64,000 nt of DNA from a candidate division WOR-3 bacterium. GTDB taxonomy: Bacteria > Hydrothermota > Hydrothermia > LBFQ01. The notes under the pieces were generated by a model. The model did no database searches. It was not told the origin of the DNA and saw only the letters and a program-made list of their open reading frames with translations. The DNA lies in contig JBDRWW010000002.1 of the NCBI GenBank assembly GCA_039802605.1, positions 224,001 through 288,000 on the forward strand, given 5' to 3'. Position numbers and translations under genes: made by a program. Shown here in pieces: positions 9,859-18,821 of the stretch. Within the stretch, counting starts at the first letter, position 1. Each line of letters starts with the position of its first letter.

Positions 9859-9983
9859 TAACTGGTTATAAGTATATTTCCCCCTTTGCTCATGCTTCTG
9901 CCGATTATTGCGGGTTTTTCATAGGGCTTTCTCTCGGAAAGCCTTGGCACCCTTCTTTCTTCATTGTTTTGTCTTTTTTCCAT
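9858..9983 (-). CDS. Unannotated 41-aa peptide MEKRQNNEERRVPRLSERKPYEKPAIIGRSMSKGGNILITS (candidate RiPP-like precursor)
   Basis: Below the ORF-track cutoff; SD AAGGAGGTG 9996-9988, TATAAT 10010-10005, downstream terminator; YxxP motif. Confidence 0.65.
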   Translation of the reverse strand: MEKRQNNEERRVPRLSERKPYEKPAIIGRSMSKGGNILITS

Positions 9984-10005
9984 GTTTCACCTCCTTTACC
10001 GTGTA

Positions 10006-10335
10006 TTATAAGGGTGAAATGGAATTTGTGGGAATAATTATCTGATAGGATTTTAATTCCAATAATTTTGCCTTTCCTATGAATATCCAAATACCCGTTG
10101 CAAATCTTTCTTTGTTTTTACGGTAATATTCCCTTAAAAGCCTCTTAATCCTATTTCTCTTAACCGCCTTTCTTACACCCCTTTCAACCGCAAACAAAAC
10201 CCTTTTTTCCCCATAGGGACAAAACCTTAAAACGAGGAAATCATCCCTATAAACGGTTTTACTGTTTTCAAAAGCCCATTTTATGAGCTTTCTGCCCCTC
10301 AATATCTCACCTTTTGGGAGTTTTTGATCACTCAC
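10006..10335 (-). CDS. rnpA: Ribonuclease P protein component
   Basis: KAVKRNRIKRLLRE RNR motif; 109 aa, basic. Confidence 0.9.
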   Translation of the reverse strand: MSDQKLPKGEILRGRKLIKWAFENSKTVYRDDFLVLRFCPYGEKRVLFAVERGVRKAVKRNRIKRLLREYYRKNKERFATGIWIFIGKAKLLELKSYQIIIPTNSISPL

Positions 10336-10687
10336 AGGGAAACTTAACCCTATCCCCTATTTTTATTCCTCTTTTTTTAAACCAACCCCTATTAACCTCT
10401 AACGCGTACTGAACCCTGTTCTTTGAAATTATAGGCTTTTCGTTTAGGGGCTCCATATCGTATATTTCCAATATCTTCCAATCGCTAGAAATGTACGCTA
10501 TGGAAAGGGGTATATATGTGTTTTTCATCCAAAAGGATAACCTTTGTGGATAGGGGAAGATGAAAAGCATACCTTGATTTTCCGGCAGTGTATCCCTATA
10601 CATCAACCCCCTTTGCAATTCATAAGGTTCATCCGCTATTTCAACATATAGGGTTTCGGCGTTTATACACAAAGCCACTAAATTCAT
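10328..10687 (-). CDS. DUF192-family protein
   Basis: VEIAD...RGLMYR..LP...GMLFIF...FWMKNTYIPLSIA...ALEVNRG. Confidence 0.9.
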   Translation of the reverse strand: MNLVALCINAETLYVEIADEPYELQRGLMYRDTLPENQGMLFIFPYPQRLSFWMKNTYIPLSIAYISSDWKILEIYDMEPLNEKPIISKNRVQYALEVNRGWFKKRGIKIGDRVKFPCE

Positions 10688-11211
10688 TCAACAAACTCCA
10701 CCCTTATCACACCCCTGAAATTGTCAACCGAATAACCTCGGGCCCTATCCTTAGGGTATCTTTTGAGTATTTCCTCCAAAACATTTTTGGGTATGTTTTT
10801 CCCTTCAATGCCATGACAATTTAGGCATAATGGCCTTACGAATAGGGGTTTGTAAAACCTATAAACCGTTTTCCCATCCCTCTTAAAGGTTTGTATGTAA
10901 TACTCGGGTTTTTCCCCTTTTTTCACCTTATTCTCAAAATATTTTAGGGCTTTCGCTTCGTATTTATCGGGTTTGTTTTTGGGGTTTCTATAATTAAAAC
11001 TTGTGCGTTTTATAGAAACATTATAAGCCTTGGATAAGCTGTCCGTTATGGGTAATGCCCTTTCGGAACAATATGATACGGCATTAACCAAGCCTTTTTC
11101 CTTTATGGCGCCTTCAAGTTCGTTTAAAAGGGCCTGCATAAATACCTTTACAATTTCTTCGCCCTTTTCCTTAACAAAACCTTCTTCGATACCAAACAAC
11201 AGGAGCAACAT
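10684..11211 (-). CDS. DUF3365 / Tll0287-like c-type heme protein
   Basis: AVSYC, RTSFNYRNPKNKPD, FYKPL, CLNCHG, YPKDRARGY. Confidence 0.85.
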   Translation of the reverse strand: MLLLLFGIEEGFVKEKGEEIVKVFMQALLNELEGAIKEKGLVNAVSYCSERALPITDSLSKAYNVSIKRTSFNYRNPKNKPDKYEAKALKYFENKVKKGEKPEYYIQTFKRDGKTVYRFYKPLFVRPLCLNCHGIEGKNIPKNVLEEILKRYPKDRARGYSVDNFRGVIRVEFVE

Positions 11212-11234
11212 AGCGAAAATATTCTAAGGCCGTT

Positions 11235-12056
11235 TTAAAAACCGTACCTTTTAAGGATTTCCATTACATATTCCTTTATGGGTACGAAACCGTGGTTAAT
11301 TTCCCTTATCGTTTCCAATTTTAAACTATGCGTTAATGCCTCCCAGGTTTCAAGGTTTAGAACCTCCCAAAACCCAACCTTTTTTATGGGAAAACCCGTT
11401 ATGTCCGACAATAACTCCGCAAAATGTTTTTGCTTCCAGTATTCGGAAAATAGATTATAAATTCCAATTTCACATTTCAAAGCCAATTCCGTACTTAAAA
11501 TGGCGCAATCTTTGAGGGTTATCAGGCTCATTATATTTTCGCCATGGCCGTAAATCGGAACGAAACCATTTCTTAGCATAACATTTAAATAAAACCTCTT
11601 AAACCAAGAACCATCACCCAAAACCCAACCGGGTCTTAAAATTAAGGCATTTTTATATTTTAAAAAAGGCTTTTCTTGAAGAAAATAAAATCTTGCAAAG
11701 CCAACGGGTTTTATGGGTGAGTTTTCATTTGCAACACCCCCTCCATATACAAGGGAACCTGAAAAATAAACGAGTTTTCTCCCCTTTAAAACCCTTACGA
11801 TATCACTATTCAAAAAATACCCCCACAAGGATTTTAAAAACCTACCAATGGTATTACTATGCGAAAACTTTGCCAAATGGAATAAAACATCGTAATCGTT
11901 ATGTTTAATAACCCCCCTTAAACCCCCTTTAACGGTTTTTACACCTTTTATAGGGGTTTTATGCTCATAAGCCAAAACTTCTAAGCCCTTTCCCCTTAGC
12001 GCGTTTATTATTTCCCTACCTATAAAACCGGAACCGCCTATAACGAAAGCCCTCAA
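11235..12056 (-). CDS. NAD-dependent epimerase/dehydratase (SDR) family protein
   Basis: GGSGFIG Rossmann motif; LRPGWVLG. Confidence 0.8.
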   Translation of the reverse strand: MRAFVIGGSGFIGREIINALRGKGLEVLAYEHKTPIKGVKTVKGGLRGVIKHNDYDVLFHLAKFSHSNTIGRFLKSLWGYFLNSDIVRVLKGRKLVYFSGSLVYGGGVANENSPIKPVGFARFYFLQEKPFLKYKNALILRPGWVLGDGSWFKRFYLNVMLRNGFVPIYGHGENIMSLITLKDCAILSTELALKCEIGIYNLFSEYWKQKHFAELLSDITGFPIKKVGFWEVLNLETWEALTHSLKLETIREINHGFVPIKEYVMEILKRYGF

Positions 12057-12072
12057 CCTTAAAATTTTAAGG
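12057..12072. promoter_or_regulatory. Perfect 16-bp palindromic bidirectional promoter CCTTAAAATTTTAAGG
   Basis: Fills the whole gap between divergent starts 12056 (TTG) and 12073 (ATG); TAAAAT lies 7 nt before each start. Confidence 0.7.
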
Positions 12073-12852
12073 ATGGAGGAGTATTACAAAAAAGTTGGCG
12101 AATATTATAGCGAGGATGCTAAGGATTTTGATAAAAGGTATGAAGAAAACTTTGTTTTGAAAAGGCTTAGGAGGGATTTTAGAGAAATAACCTTAAAATT
12201 TTTAAAGGGAGAACCCAAAAGGATCCTTGAAATAGGTTTTGGCACGGGTTTGGACTTGGAGTTTTTTGCAAAAGAGTTTAAAGATGCCGAGATTTGGGGC
12301 ATAGAGGTTGCGGAGGGGATGTTAAAAGAGGCGCAGAAAAGGTTAAAGGGTATAAAAAATGTAAAACTTTTCCTCGGAAGCCTTGAAACCTTAGAAATAA
12401 CTACAAGTTTTGATTTGATATATTCATACTTTGGTGCGGTTAATACGGTGTACGATTTGGAAGGCTTTTGCAAGAGATTATCAAAAATATCGCACAAGGA
12501 TACGGTTTTAGTATTTTCCTGCGTAAACAAGTTTTACCTGTTTGATATATTTTTTAACCTTTTGAGGTTAAGGTTTAAAAAGGCTTTTGAAAGGATTAAG
12601 GGTTGGAAGGGATATTCGCCGTATAAGGATATTGATAGCAAACCGTTATCCTACTGGGATGTGAAAAGATATTTTCGGGATTGGGAGGTGGCCTTTTATA
12701 AGGGTTATTCAATTGCGTACCCCGCATGGTATAGGGCTTATAGGTTTAAGGAGGAAAGGGTTGAGTTCCTTTGGGAAATTGATAAAATTTTGAACAATAC
12801 GCCTTTTAAGTATTTCGGGGAGTATTCCATTTATGTTTTGAGGAGGATTTGA
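12073..12852 (+). CDS. Class I SAM-dependent methyltransferase
   Basis: ILEIGFGTGLD motif I; FDLIYSYFGAVN. Confidence 0.85.
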   Translation: MEEYYKKVGEYYSEDAKDFDKRYEENFVLKRLRRDFREITLKFLKGEPKRILEIGFGTGLDLEFFAKEFKDAEIWGIEVAEGMLKEAQKRLKGIKNVKLFLGSLETLEITTSFDLIYSYFGAVNTVYDLEGFCKRLSKISHKDTVLVFSCVNKFYLFDIFFNLLRLRFKKAFERIKGWKGYSPYKDIDSKPLSYWDVKRYFRDWEVAFYKGYSIAYPAWYRAYRFKEERVEFLWEIDKILNNTPFKYFGEYSIYVLRRI

Positions 12853-13685
12853 ATTTGAAGCGATTGGATTACGAGATTTTAAAGGTTTTGGCCTATTCAT
12901 CGGTTTTTGGATCGGGTTTGGATTTGGGGGAAATAAAAAGGTTTTTGGGGATAAAGGCGGATTACGGTGAGATAATGGAATCTTTAAACGTCCTGTTGGA
13001 AAAAGGGGTAATATTTGAAAAAGATGGGTTTTACGCTTTAAAACCGGAGTATGCGGATAATGCTATTAAAAATCGGGAGGTTTTCAAGCGTTATATTAAG
13101 AAATACAAATGGGCACTCACTTTAATATACGCTTTTCCGTTTGTTAGAGGGGTTTTTATTACGGGAAGTGTGGCTTCGGGATATCCTGCGGAAGGCGATG
13201 ATATTGATGTTTTAATGGTTTGCGGAAAGGGAAGGTTATACACCTGTCGCTTATTCGTTATGTTGTTTGTTAAGTTCTTTCCAAAAATTTGCCCGAATTT
13301 TTTCATAGCGGAAGACAACTTGGAGTTTAAACCCGAAGATTACTACGTTTGTAGGGAGTTAGCCCATATGATACCCGTATCTTCAAAATCCGCTTATAAA
13401 AAGATACTATGCAAAAACTCTTGGATTTTTAAAGTCTTTCCCAACTTTTACCCGAATAAACCGATTGAAGTTTGGGAAAGCAAAGGATTAAAGAGGTTCT
13501 TGGAGGTAATTTTTTCGCCAATGCCCGAGAAATCCCTAATGGAATTGCAAATCAAAAGGTTTATGAAAAAGGGCTTTAAAGGCGAAGATATAAGGTTTAA
13601 TGAAAGGGAATTTAAACCGCATAAAGAACCCCACCGTAAAAGGATTATGGAAAGGTTTTCGGAGGTTATGAGTTCCCTAAGTTGA
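12849..13685 (+). CDS. Nucleotidyltransferase-domain protein with N-terminal winged-helix-like region
   Basis: PFVRGVFITGSVA...DDIDV (GS/DxD Pol-beta motif); ICPNFFI. Confidence 0.75.
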   Translation: MNLKRLDYEILKVLAYSSVFGSGLDLGEIKRFLGIKADYGEIMESLNVLLEKGVIFEKDGFYALKPEYADNAIKNREVFKRYIKKYKWALTLIYAFPFVRGVFITGSVASGYPAEGDDIDVLMVCGKGRLYTCRLFVMLFVKFFPKICPNFFIAEDNLEFKPEDYYVCRELAHMIPVSSKSAYKKILCKNSWIFKVFPNFYPNKPIEVWESKGLKRFLEVIFSPMPEKSLMELQIKRFMKKGFKGEDIRFNEREFKPHKEPHRKRIMERFSEVMSSLS

Positions 13686-14919
13686 GTTTTAAACTTTTTA
13701 TGGCATTTCTAAAAACTTCGGACCTGTGTTTGTAATCCCTGAACATATCAAAGGATGCGCACGCGGGCGATAGTAAAACGGGTTCCCCGGAGGATATGCT
13801 ATAAGCCTTTTTAACCGCATCGTACATATCACTCGCCTCAACTACATCAACTATGTCGGAAAATGTATCCTTTACGAGCTCTTTACTTTTGCCAATTGCA
13901 ACAATCCCCTTAACCCTTTTCCTTACCTCATCCCTCAAACTCTCAAACCCCAAGCCCTTGTTATCCCCGCCCATAATTAACACAACCCGTTCAAAGTTTT
14001 TAAGGGCGTATAGGGTGGCATGCGGGTTTGTACCCTTTGAATCATCGTAGAATTCAACATCTCCAACCCTATCAACCAACTCAACCCTACCCTTTAAAGG
14101 CCGTAAGTCTTCCAAATTAAACTCTCTAACCCCAATAAGGTATGAGGACAATACCGCAAACATAGTGTCATATATAAGGGGAGGGGTTTGTAAATGTTTA
14201 GGCATTTCTATTCTTCCAAACTCCCCGAATATAAAACCATCATCATAAAAAACATCGGATTTTTTTGAATTTATAGAGACCGTAAGAACCTTACCTTTGG
14301 CGTTCCTTTTGCATACCTCAAAGTATTCGTCATCGGCGTTTAGGATGGAGAAGTCGTTCTCATTCAAATTGTAAAAGATTTTTAGCTTGTCCGTCAAATA
14401 GTTTTCAAATGTTAAATGCCAATCAAGGTGATCCGGGGATATGTTCGTTATAACCGCTATATCCGGCTTAAACTCTTTTGTATAATGTAATTGGAAGCTT
14501 GAAACTTCCAAAACGAATATACCCTCCTTAAATGCAAAATCCGAAACCGGGGTACCCCAATTACCACCTATAAAAGAGCCTTTTATTAGTTTATGCGTAA
14601 AATAAGCCGTCGTCGATTTTCCATTTGTTCCCGTAATTGCTATAACCCTACCCTTTAAGAATTTCCAACCTATTTCCAACTCTGGTATTATTGGTATTTT
14701 GGAATTTTCAACCCTACTCAAAACCCTGTGATGTGGTGGTATTCCCGGCGAAGGCGAAACGATATCGCACATCAATATCCTGTAAGTGTTCTCCCTCTCA
14801 TCCCCTTCATTAATGTCGGATACAAATGTTTTTACACCGATTTTATCCATTAAACTTTTTAAAGATTTCCCACTTTTACCAAACCCCAATATACCCAAAT
14901 ATTTACCCTCTAACCTCAT
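13666..14919 (-). CDS. murD: UDP-N-acetylmuramoyl-L-alanine--D-glutamate ligase
   Basis: SPGIP, ITGTNGKSTT, EVSSFQL, DHLDWH, DDSKGTN, LSPACASFDMF. Confidence 0.95.
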   Translation of the reverse strand: MRLEGKYLGILGFGKSGKSLKSLMDKIGVKTFVSDINEGDERENTYRILMCDIVSPSPGIPPHHRVLSRVENSKIPIIPELEIGWKFLKGRVIAITGTNGKSTTAYFTHKLIKGSFIGGNWGTPVSDFAFKEGIFVLEVSSFQLHYTKEFKPDIAVITNISPDHLDWHLTFENYLTDKLKIFYNLNENDFSILNADDEYFEVCKRNAKGKVLTVSINSKKSDVFYDDGFIFGEFGRIEMPKHLQTPPLIYDTMFAVLSSYLIGVREFNLEDLRPLKGRVELVDRVGDVEFYDDSKGTNPHATLYALKNFERVVLIMGGDNKGLGFESLRDEVRKRVKGIVAIGKSKELVKDTFSDIVDVVEASDMYDAVKKAYSISSGEPVLLSPACASFDMFRDYKHRSEVFRNAIKSLKLNLGNS

Positions 14920-15650
14920 ATTGCCGCGTATGTAATCCTCTTCGATTTTGCGGTGGGCTTTTCAAATGACAGGTCGTCAAAAGCCCAAACATTTATAAAT
15001 CCGGCCTTTAAGAGCAAACTTTTAACCTGGTTTAATGTATAACCCTGTTCCGTATAAACCTCCTCTATTTTTCTGTAAAGGTTGTCGCCATAGGGCACGA
15101 AAAGGGTTAATGTCAATTTTGCCCTACCGTTGCCCAAGTACTCACCTTTCCAGATGCTATAAATCCCATCCTTCAAAATCTTCACAAACAACGCCTCATT
15201 CCAAACGGTTTGCATTGCGTAAGTTGTATTTAAATCGCATACGAGAATACCGCCCGGCCTTAGGTGTCTCTTAAAATTTTTAAACGCCATAAACAATTCT
15301 TCGGGTTCTAATATGTTGTTCAAACTGTCGAATGTACTAACAATTGCATCAAAATCCATATCCAAGGAAAAACTCCTCGCATCGCCGACATAAAACTGGA
15401 CATTGGGCAATTTCTTCCTAGCAACCTTTAACATATCCTCAGAAAAGTCTACTCCCACCACATTATACCCCAAATTTTTTAAGTACTTCGTTAAATTACC
15501 CGTGCCACAACCAACCTCCAAAACATCCTTTACCCTCAACCTTGAAAAGGTAAAGATCCTGCTTATATACTGCGCCCAATATTCGTAATCCACATCTTCA
15601 AATAAGTAATCATAATATTTTGCCACCTCCGAAAACGGCTTTATTGACAT
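14916..15650 (-). CDS. Class I SAM-dependent methyltransferase
   Basis: YYDYL...DY..W, VLEVGCGTG, GVDFSEDML, FDSLN, LRPGG. Confidence 0.9.
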   Translation of the reverse strand: MSIKPFSEVAKYYDYLFEDVDYEYWAQYISRIFTFSRLRVKDVLEVGCGTGNLTKYLKNLGYNVVGVDFSEDMLKVARKKLPNVQFYVGDARSFSLDMDFDAIVSTFDSLNNILEPEELFMAFKNFKRHLRPGGILVCDLNTTYAMQTVWNEALFVKILKDGIYSIWKGEYLGNGRAKLTLTLFVPYGDNLYRKIEEVYTEQGYTLNQVKSLLLKAGFINVWAFDDLSFEKPTAKSKRITYAAI

Positions 15651-15655
15651 ATAGG

Positions 15656-15676
15656 GAATTATACGCTTGAAAAGTC
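15656..15676. repeat. 21-bp direct repeat copy 1 (gaattatacgcttgaaaagtc)
   Basis: Identical to 16458-16478; holds the nuclease stop codon and the TATAAT 7 nt upstream of the methyltransferase ATG. Confidence 0.9.
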
Positions 15677-16450
15677 CTTTGGCCTAAAGTTTTTTGGATT
15701 TAAAACCTTAACATCCTTGCCGTCTTTATGCTTTAAAACGATAAAACCCTTCTTACTCGCATACCTATCAACACCCTTCTGTATCCTCATTCCGGCAACG
15801 GCACCATACAACCTAAAACCTTTATACTCATAAAACACCTTTAAAAACTTATTCTTTAATCTTTCCTCAAACTCATCAACATCTCCCTTTTTTAATGTGG
15901 TTTTCACCTCAACGACAATAACATAATCTTTTCCAACGGCCAACGCATCAACTTCCATATCCTTCCTTTTCCTATACTCCTCCAAGTAAAACCCTTTAAA
16001 CCCCAACTCCTTTAAAGCATATTCCAAACCCTCCCTTATCGTTTCTTCCGTATAGTTTTGCCATAAACCGTTTAACTGGGATATTGATGTTGTAGTTTTA
16101 TCAACTCGTATAGCTATTTCCTCTATTTTTTTACTCATAACTTTTATCTGTTCATCCGTTTCAGCCTGTCTCTCAGCAAGTTCTTTTATCTTTTTATCAG
16201 TCTCCTCCTGCCTTTTTGCAAGGCTTTCAACCAGTTTCCTCGTTTCCTTTAACATCTTATCCGTTTCCTTTTGACTCTCAGCAAGTTCTCTTAGTTTTTT
16301 ATCTGTCTCCTCTTGACTCTTTGCCAACCTGTCAAGCCTTTCGCCAACACTATCAAGCCTTCTACCAACATCATCAAGCCTTTTGCCAACATCGTCAAGC
16401 CTTTTTCCCACCTCTTTTAGTATTTCCCATATTTCTTTTGCATTCTCCAT
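15659..16450 (-). CDS. Coiled-coil + PD-(D/E)XK nuclease-domain protein (DUF3782-like)
   Basis: Heptad repeats RLDDVGK and SQEETDK; C-terminal EVDALAV...VVEVKT...LYGAVAG; ATG 16450 lies 9 nt after TATAAT. Confidence 0.8.
   Translation of the reverse strand: MENAKEIWEILKEVGKRLDDVGKRLDDVGRRLDSVGERLDRLAKSQEETDKKLRELAESQKETDKMLKETRKLVESLAKRQEETDKKIKELAERQAETDEQIKVMSKKIEEIAIRVDKTTTSISQLNGLWQNYTEETIREGLEYALKELGFKGFYLEEYRKRKDMEVDALAVGKDYVIVVEVKTTLKKGDVDEFEERLKNKFLKVFYEYKGFRLYGAVAGMRIQKGVDRYASKKGFIVLKHKDGKDVKVLNPKNFRPKDFSSV
16320..16410. repeat. Imperfect 21-bp tandem repeats encoding heptads
   Basis: About four units of ccaaca(c/t)nntcaagcctt encoding RLDDVGK/RLDDVGR/RLDSVGE/RLDRLAK; ends approximate. 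Confidence 0.75.
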
Positions 16451-16457
16451 ACAATGT

Positions 16458-16478
16458 GAATTATACGCTTGAAAAGTC
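16458..16478. repeat. 21-bp direct repeat copy 2 (gaattatacgcttgaaaagtc)
   Basis: Identical to 15656-15676; holds the minus-strand TATAAT upstream of the nuclease gene. Confidence 0.9.
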
Positions 16479-16554
16479 TCCAAATACCTCATACGCTAAG
16501 AAAGTAGGGCAAGCTCATTAAAAGGTAAGTTCAACCTTATAATATTCCATCTCT

Positions 16555-18147
16555 ATGCTTGAAATTTTACTTGCGGCCAGTAATCAGTATTTAAAAATAT
16601 ATGTTTTGCACTGGAACGATGCCCACGGACATATGGGATATAACGAGGCCTTTTGGCTTGACCCGGATTTCCCACCCTTGTTATCAAACGCCCGAGCCTT
16701 GGCCTATATGGTTAAAAAATACCGTGAAAAGGCTAAGAAAGAGGGTTCTTTGCTTTTGGTATTTGATGCGGCGGATTATTTTCAAGGGGATCCCTTAGGC
16801 GAATTGACTAAGGGCAAACTTTATATTGATATTATGAACTATATAGGATTGACGGCGGGAGCCGTTGGAAATCACGATTTTGATTTTGGCAGGGATATAT
16901 TGGATTCCCTTGCAAAATGGGCAAATTTTCCGCTATTATGCGCCAACCTAACGGATACACTCGGAAACCCACCTTCACTTGCAAAACCGTACATAATTAT
17001 TGACACCATGGGTATAAGAATAGCGGTTTTTGGGTTGATAACCCACTGGCTAAAAGGCATGGTTCCACCCCAAAATATGCCAGACCTTGATGTAAAGTGG
17101 GAATATTCATTCGTTAAGGAATTCGTTCCAAAATTGAGGAAGGAGTACAATCCGGATATAGTAATAGCATTAACGCATACGGGTTTTAGGCATGACCAGA
17201 GGAACGCCGACAGCATTAGGGGAATAGACCTAATAATAGGGGGGCATAGCCATACGGGTCTTTATAAGCCGTACTTTTCTCGGATAAATTCAACGGCCAT
17301 AGTTCAAGCGTTCTCACATATGGCAAACCTCGGAGTTGTAGAAATCCTTTACGATAGGAAAAACAAAACCATAGTTGATATAAAGGGTAAGATAATAACA
17401 TTAAATGCGGAAAGGGTTCCATCAGACCCCTATGTTGATTCCGTATTAACCGTTTACGAGAAAAAGGTGGATAGTATTTACGGGGAAGTGGTGGCTATAA
17501 GCGATGGGGATTTTAACAGGGGTGGGTTTGTTGAAAGTTCTATGGGAAATATTATAACGGATGCTATGAGGTGGTATGTTGAAGAAAGACTCGGAGAAAA
17601 AGACTTCCCCGTTGTTGCCATTTATAACGCCGGAGGTATAAGGGCAAACTTCCGTTATGGAAAGATTACAAAAAGGGATGTTTATAACGCCCTACCCTTC
17701 CCAAATGTCTTAATGTATGGAAAGGTAAAGGGGGAGGACTTATTAAAAATTTTAGGGGTTGGTTTTAACGGCCACCATGCAATATTCAACGTTTCGGGTT
17801 TAAAGTTGGAGTACAACAACGATAAACTTTATTTGGATAGTATAACCGCCGTTATTAGGGATAGCATAACCCTAGACAGCATGGGCGTCAAGACCTATAA
17901 CTTACCCTTAGCAGAAGTAAAAATACTTGAAGTTGGAGGAAGACCTTTTCACCCCGATTCCACATATATATTGGTTTCTAACGATTACCTTATAAACGGA
18001 GGAGGGGAATATGTGGTGTTTAAGACTTTATGGGATATAAAGGATACGGGAAGGAGGATATCGGATATAGTTGAGGAATATTTACGGTTTAAGGGTAGAA
18101 TTAAACCCCAAATAGAGGGGAGGATAAGGAAGATTAAGGGGATATGA
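16555..18147 (+). CDS. Bifunctional metallophosphatase / 5'-nucleotidase
   Basis: LHWNDAHG, DAADYFQG, GNHDFD, GGHSH, NAGGIR, LPFPN. Confidence 0.92.
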   Translation: MLEILLAASNQYLKIYVLHWNDAHGHMGYNEAFWLDPDFPPLLSNARALAYMVKKYREKAKKEGSLLLVFDAADYFQGDPLGELTKGKLYIDIMNYIGLTAGAVGNHDFDFGRDILDSLAKWANFPLLCANLTDTLGNPPSLAKPYIIIDTMGIRIAVFGLITHWLKGMVPPQNMPDLDVKWEYSFVKEFVPKLRKEYNPDIVIALTHTGFRHDQRNADSIRGIDLIIGGHSHTGLYKPYFSRINSTAIVQAFSHMANLGVVEILYDRKNKTIVDIKGKIITLNAERVPSDPYVDSVLTVYEKKVDSIYGEVVAISDGDFNRGGFVESSMGNIITDAMRWYVEERLGEKDFPVVAIYNAGGIRANFRYGKITKRDVYNALPFPNVLMYGKVKGEDLLKILGVGFNGHHAIFNVSGLKLEYNNDKLYLDSITAVIRDSITLDSMGVKTYNLPLAEVKILEVGGRPFHPDSTYILVSNDYLINGGGEYVVFKTLWDIKDTGRRISDIVEEYLRFKGRIKPQIEGRIRKIKGI

Positions 18148-18821
18148 GGAAACGGGTTGTTATTCTCCTTGGCATTTTATCGTGCTCGGAGTACGGTATA
18201 TTTAAAGATTGGGAAAAGAGGGCACAAAAAGAACCCATATCGGTACTAAGGGAAATCGGAGATAGTTTGAGATCCCCAAAGTTTAAGAGAAAAATGGCTA
18301 CAACACCCCTTGGCCCCAAGGTTTTGGACCTGGCTATAAAAATTTCAAAGGATCTGGATTATTATAAACTTCCCATAGATTCACTTGTTAAATGCTCAGA
18401 CGGGTTAAAAAGTGTCGTACTATTCGTTTATGATTTTGGGATTTTTGACGAGAGGTGGAGCGATGTTTTATTCGCTTATAGGGAAATTCTAAGGGCTGCC
18501 TTGTATAAAATGGAAAACATAGACGATTTGGATTCCTTGGAAAGGATAACATACGCCTTACAACCCCCTTTAATGGCGGGTATATACAAAAAGGAATATG
18601 AAAAACTTATAGATCTGTATAGGAGTAAATCCGTAGCAAACGGGGAAATAAGGTGGGGCATGGGGGAGGGTGATGTTATTGAAGCTTGGGGAGAACCGGA
18701 TTCGGTTGATACGGTTTATTCAATATCAAACGCATCCTTTGGGAAGATATTGTATTGGAAGGATAGGGGTAAAGGCGTGTTAATATTGGATGGAAGGGTT
18801 GAGGATGTTTTTGAGCAATAG
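18144..18821 (+). CDS. Hypothetical lipoprotein
   Basis: MRKRVVILLGILSC lipobox; C-terminal IRWGM...V..AWGEP (SmpA/BamE-like pattern); ATGA-coupled. Confidence 0.65.
   Translation: MRKRVVILLGILSCSEYGIFKDWEKRAQKEPISVLREIGDSLRSPKFKRKMATTPLGPKVLDLAIKISKDLDYYKLPIDSLVKCSDGLKSVVLFVYDFGIFDERWSDVLFAYREILRAALYKMENIDDLDSLERITYALQPPLMAGIYKKEYEKLIDLYRSKSVANGEIRWGMGEGDVIEAWGEPDSVDTVYSISNASFGKILYWKDRGKGVLILDGRVEDVFEQ

Noticed and set aside
9858..9983. Small basic ORF next to rnpA as ribosomal protein L34 (rpmH), or as a lasso precursor
   Set aside because: It lies downstream of rnpA and lacks MKRT(F/Y)QP/HGF motifs; there is no Asp/Glu acceptor after the leader and no cyclase in the window.
12849..13685. 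Nucleotidyltransferase as part of the putative RiPP system or a MNT-HEPN toxin-antitoxin pair
   Set aside because: No HEPN partner; it is coupled to a methyltransferase and looks like a different family from lasso-associated nucleotidyltransferases.
16320..16410. Short repeats as a CRISPR array
   Set aside because: Contiguous in-frame coding repeats with no unique spacers and no cas genes; the same applies to 63460-63920.
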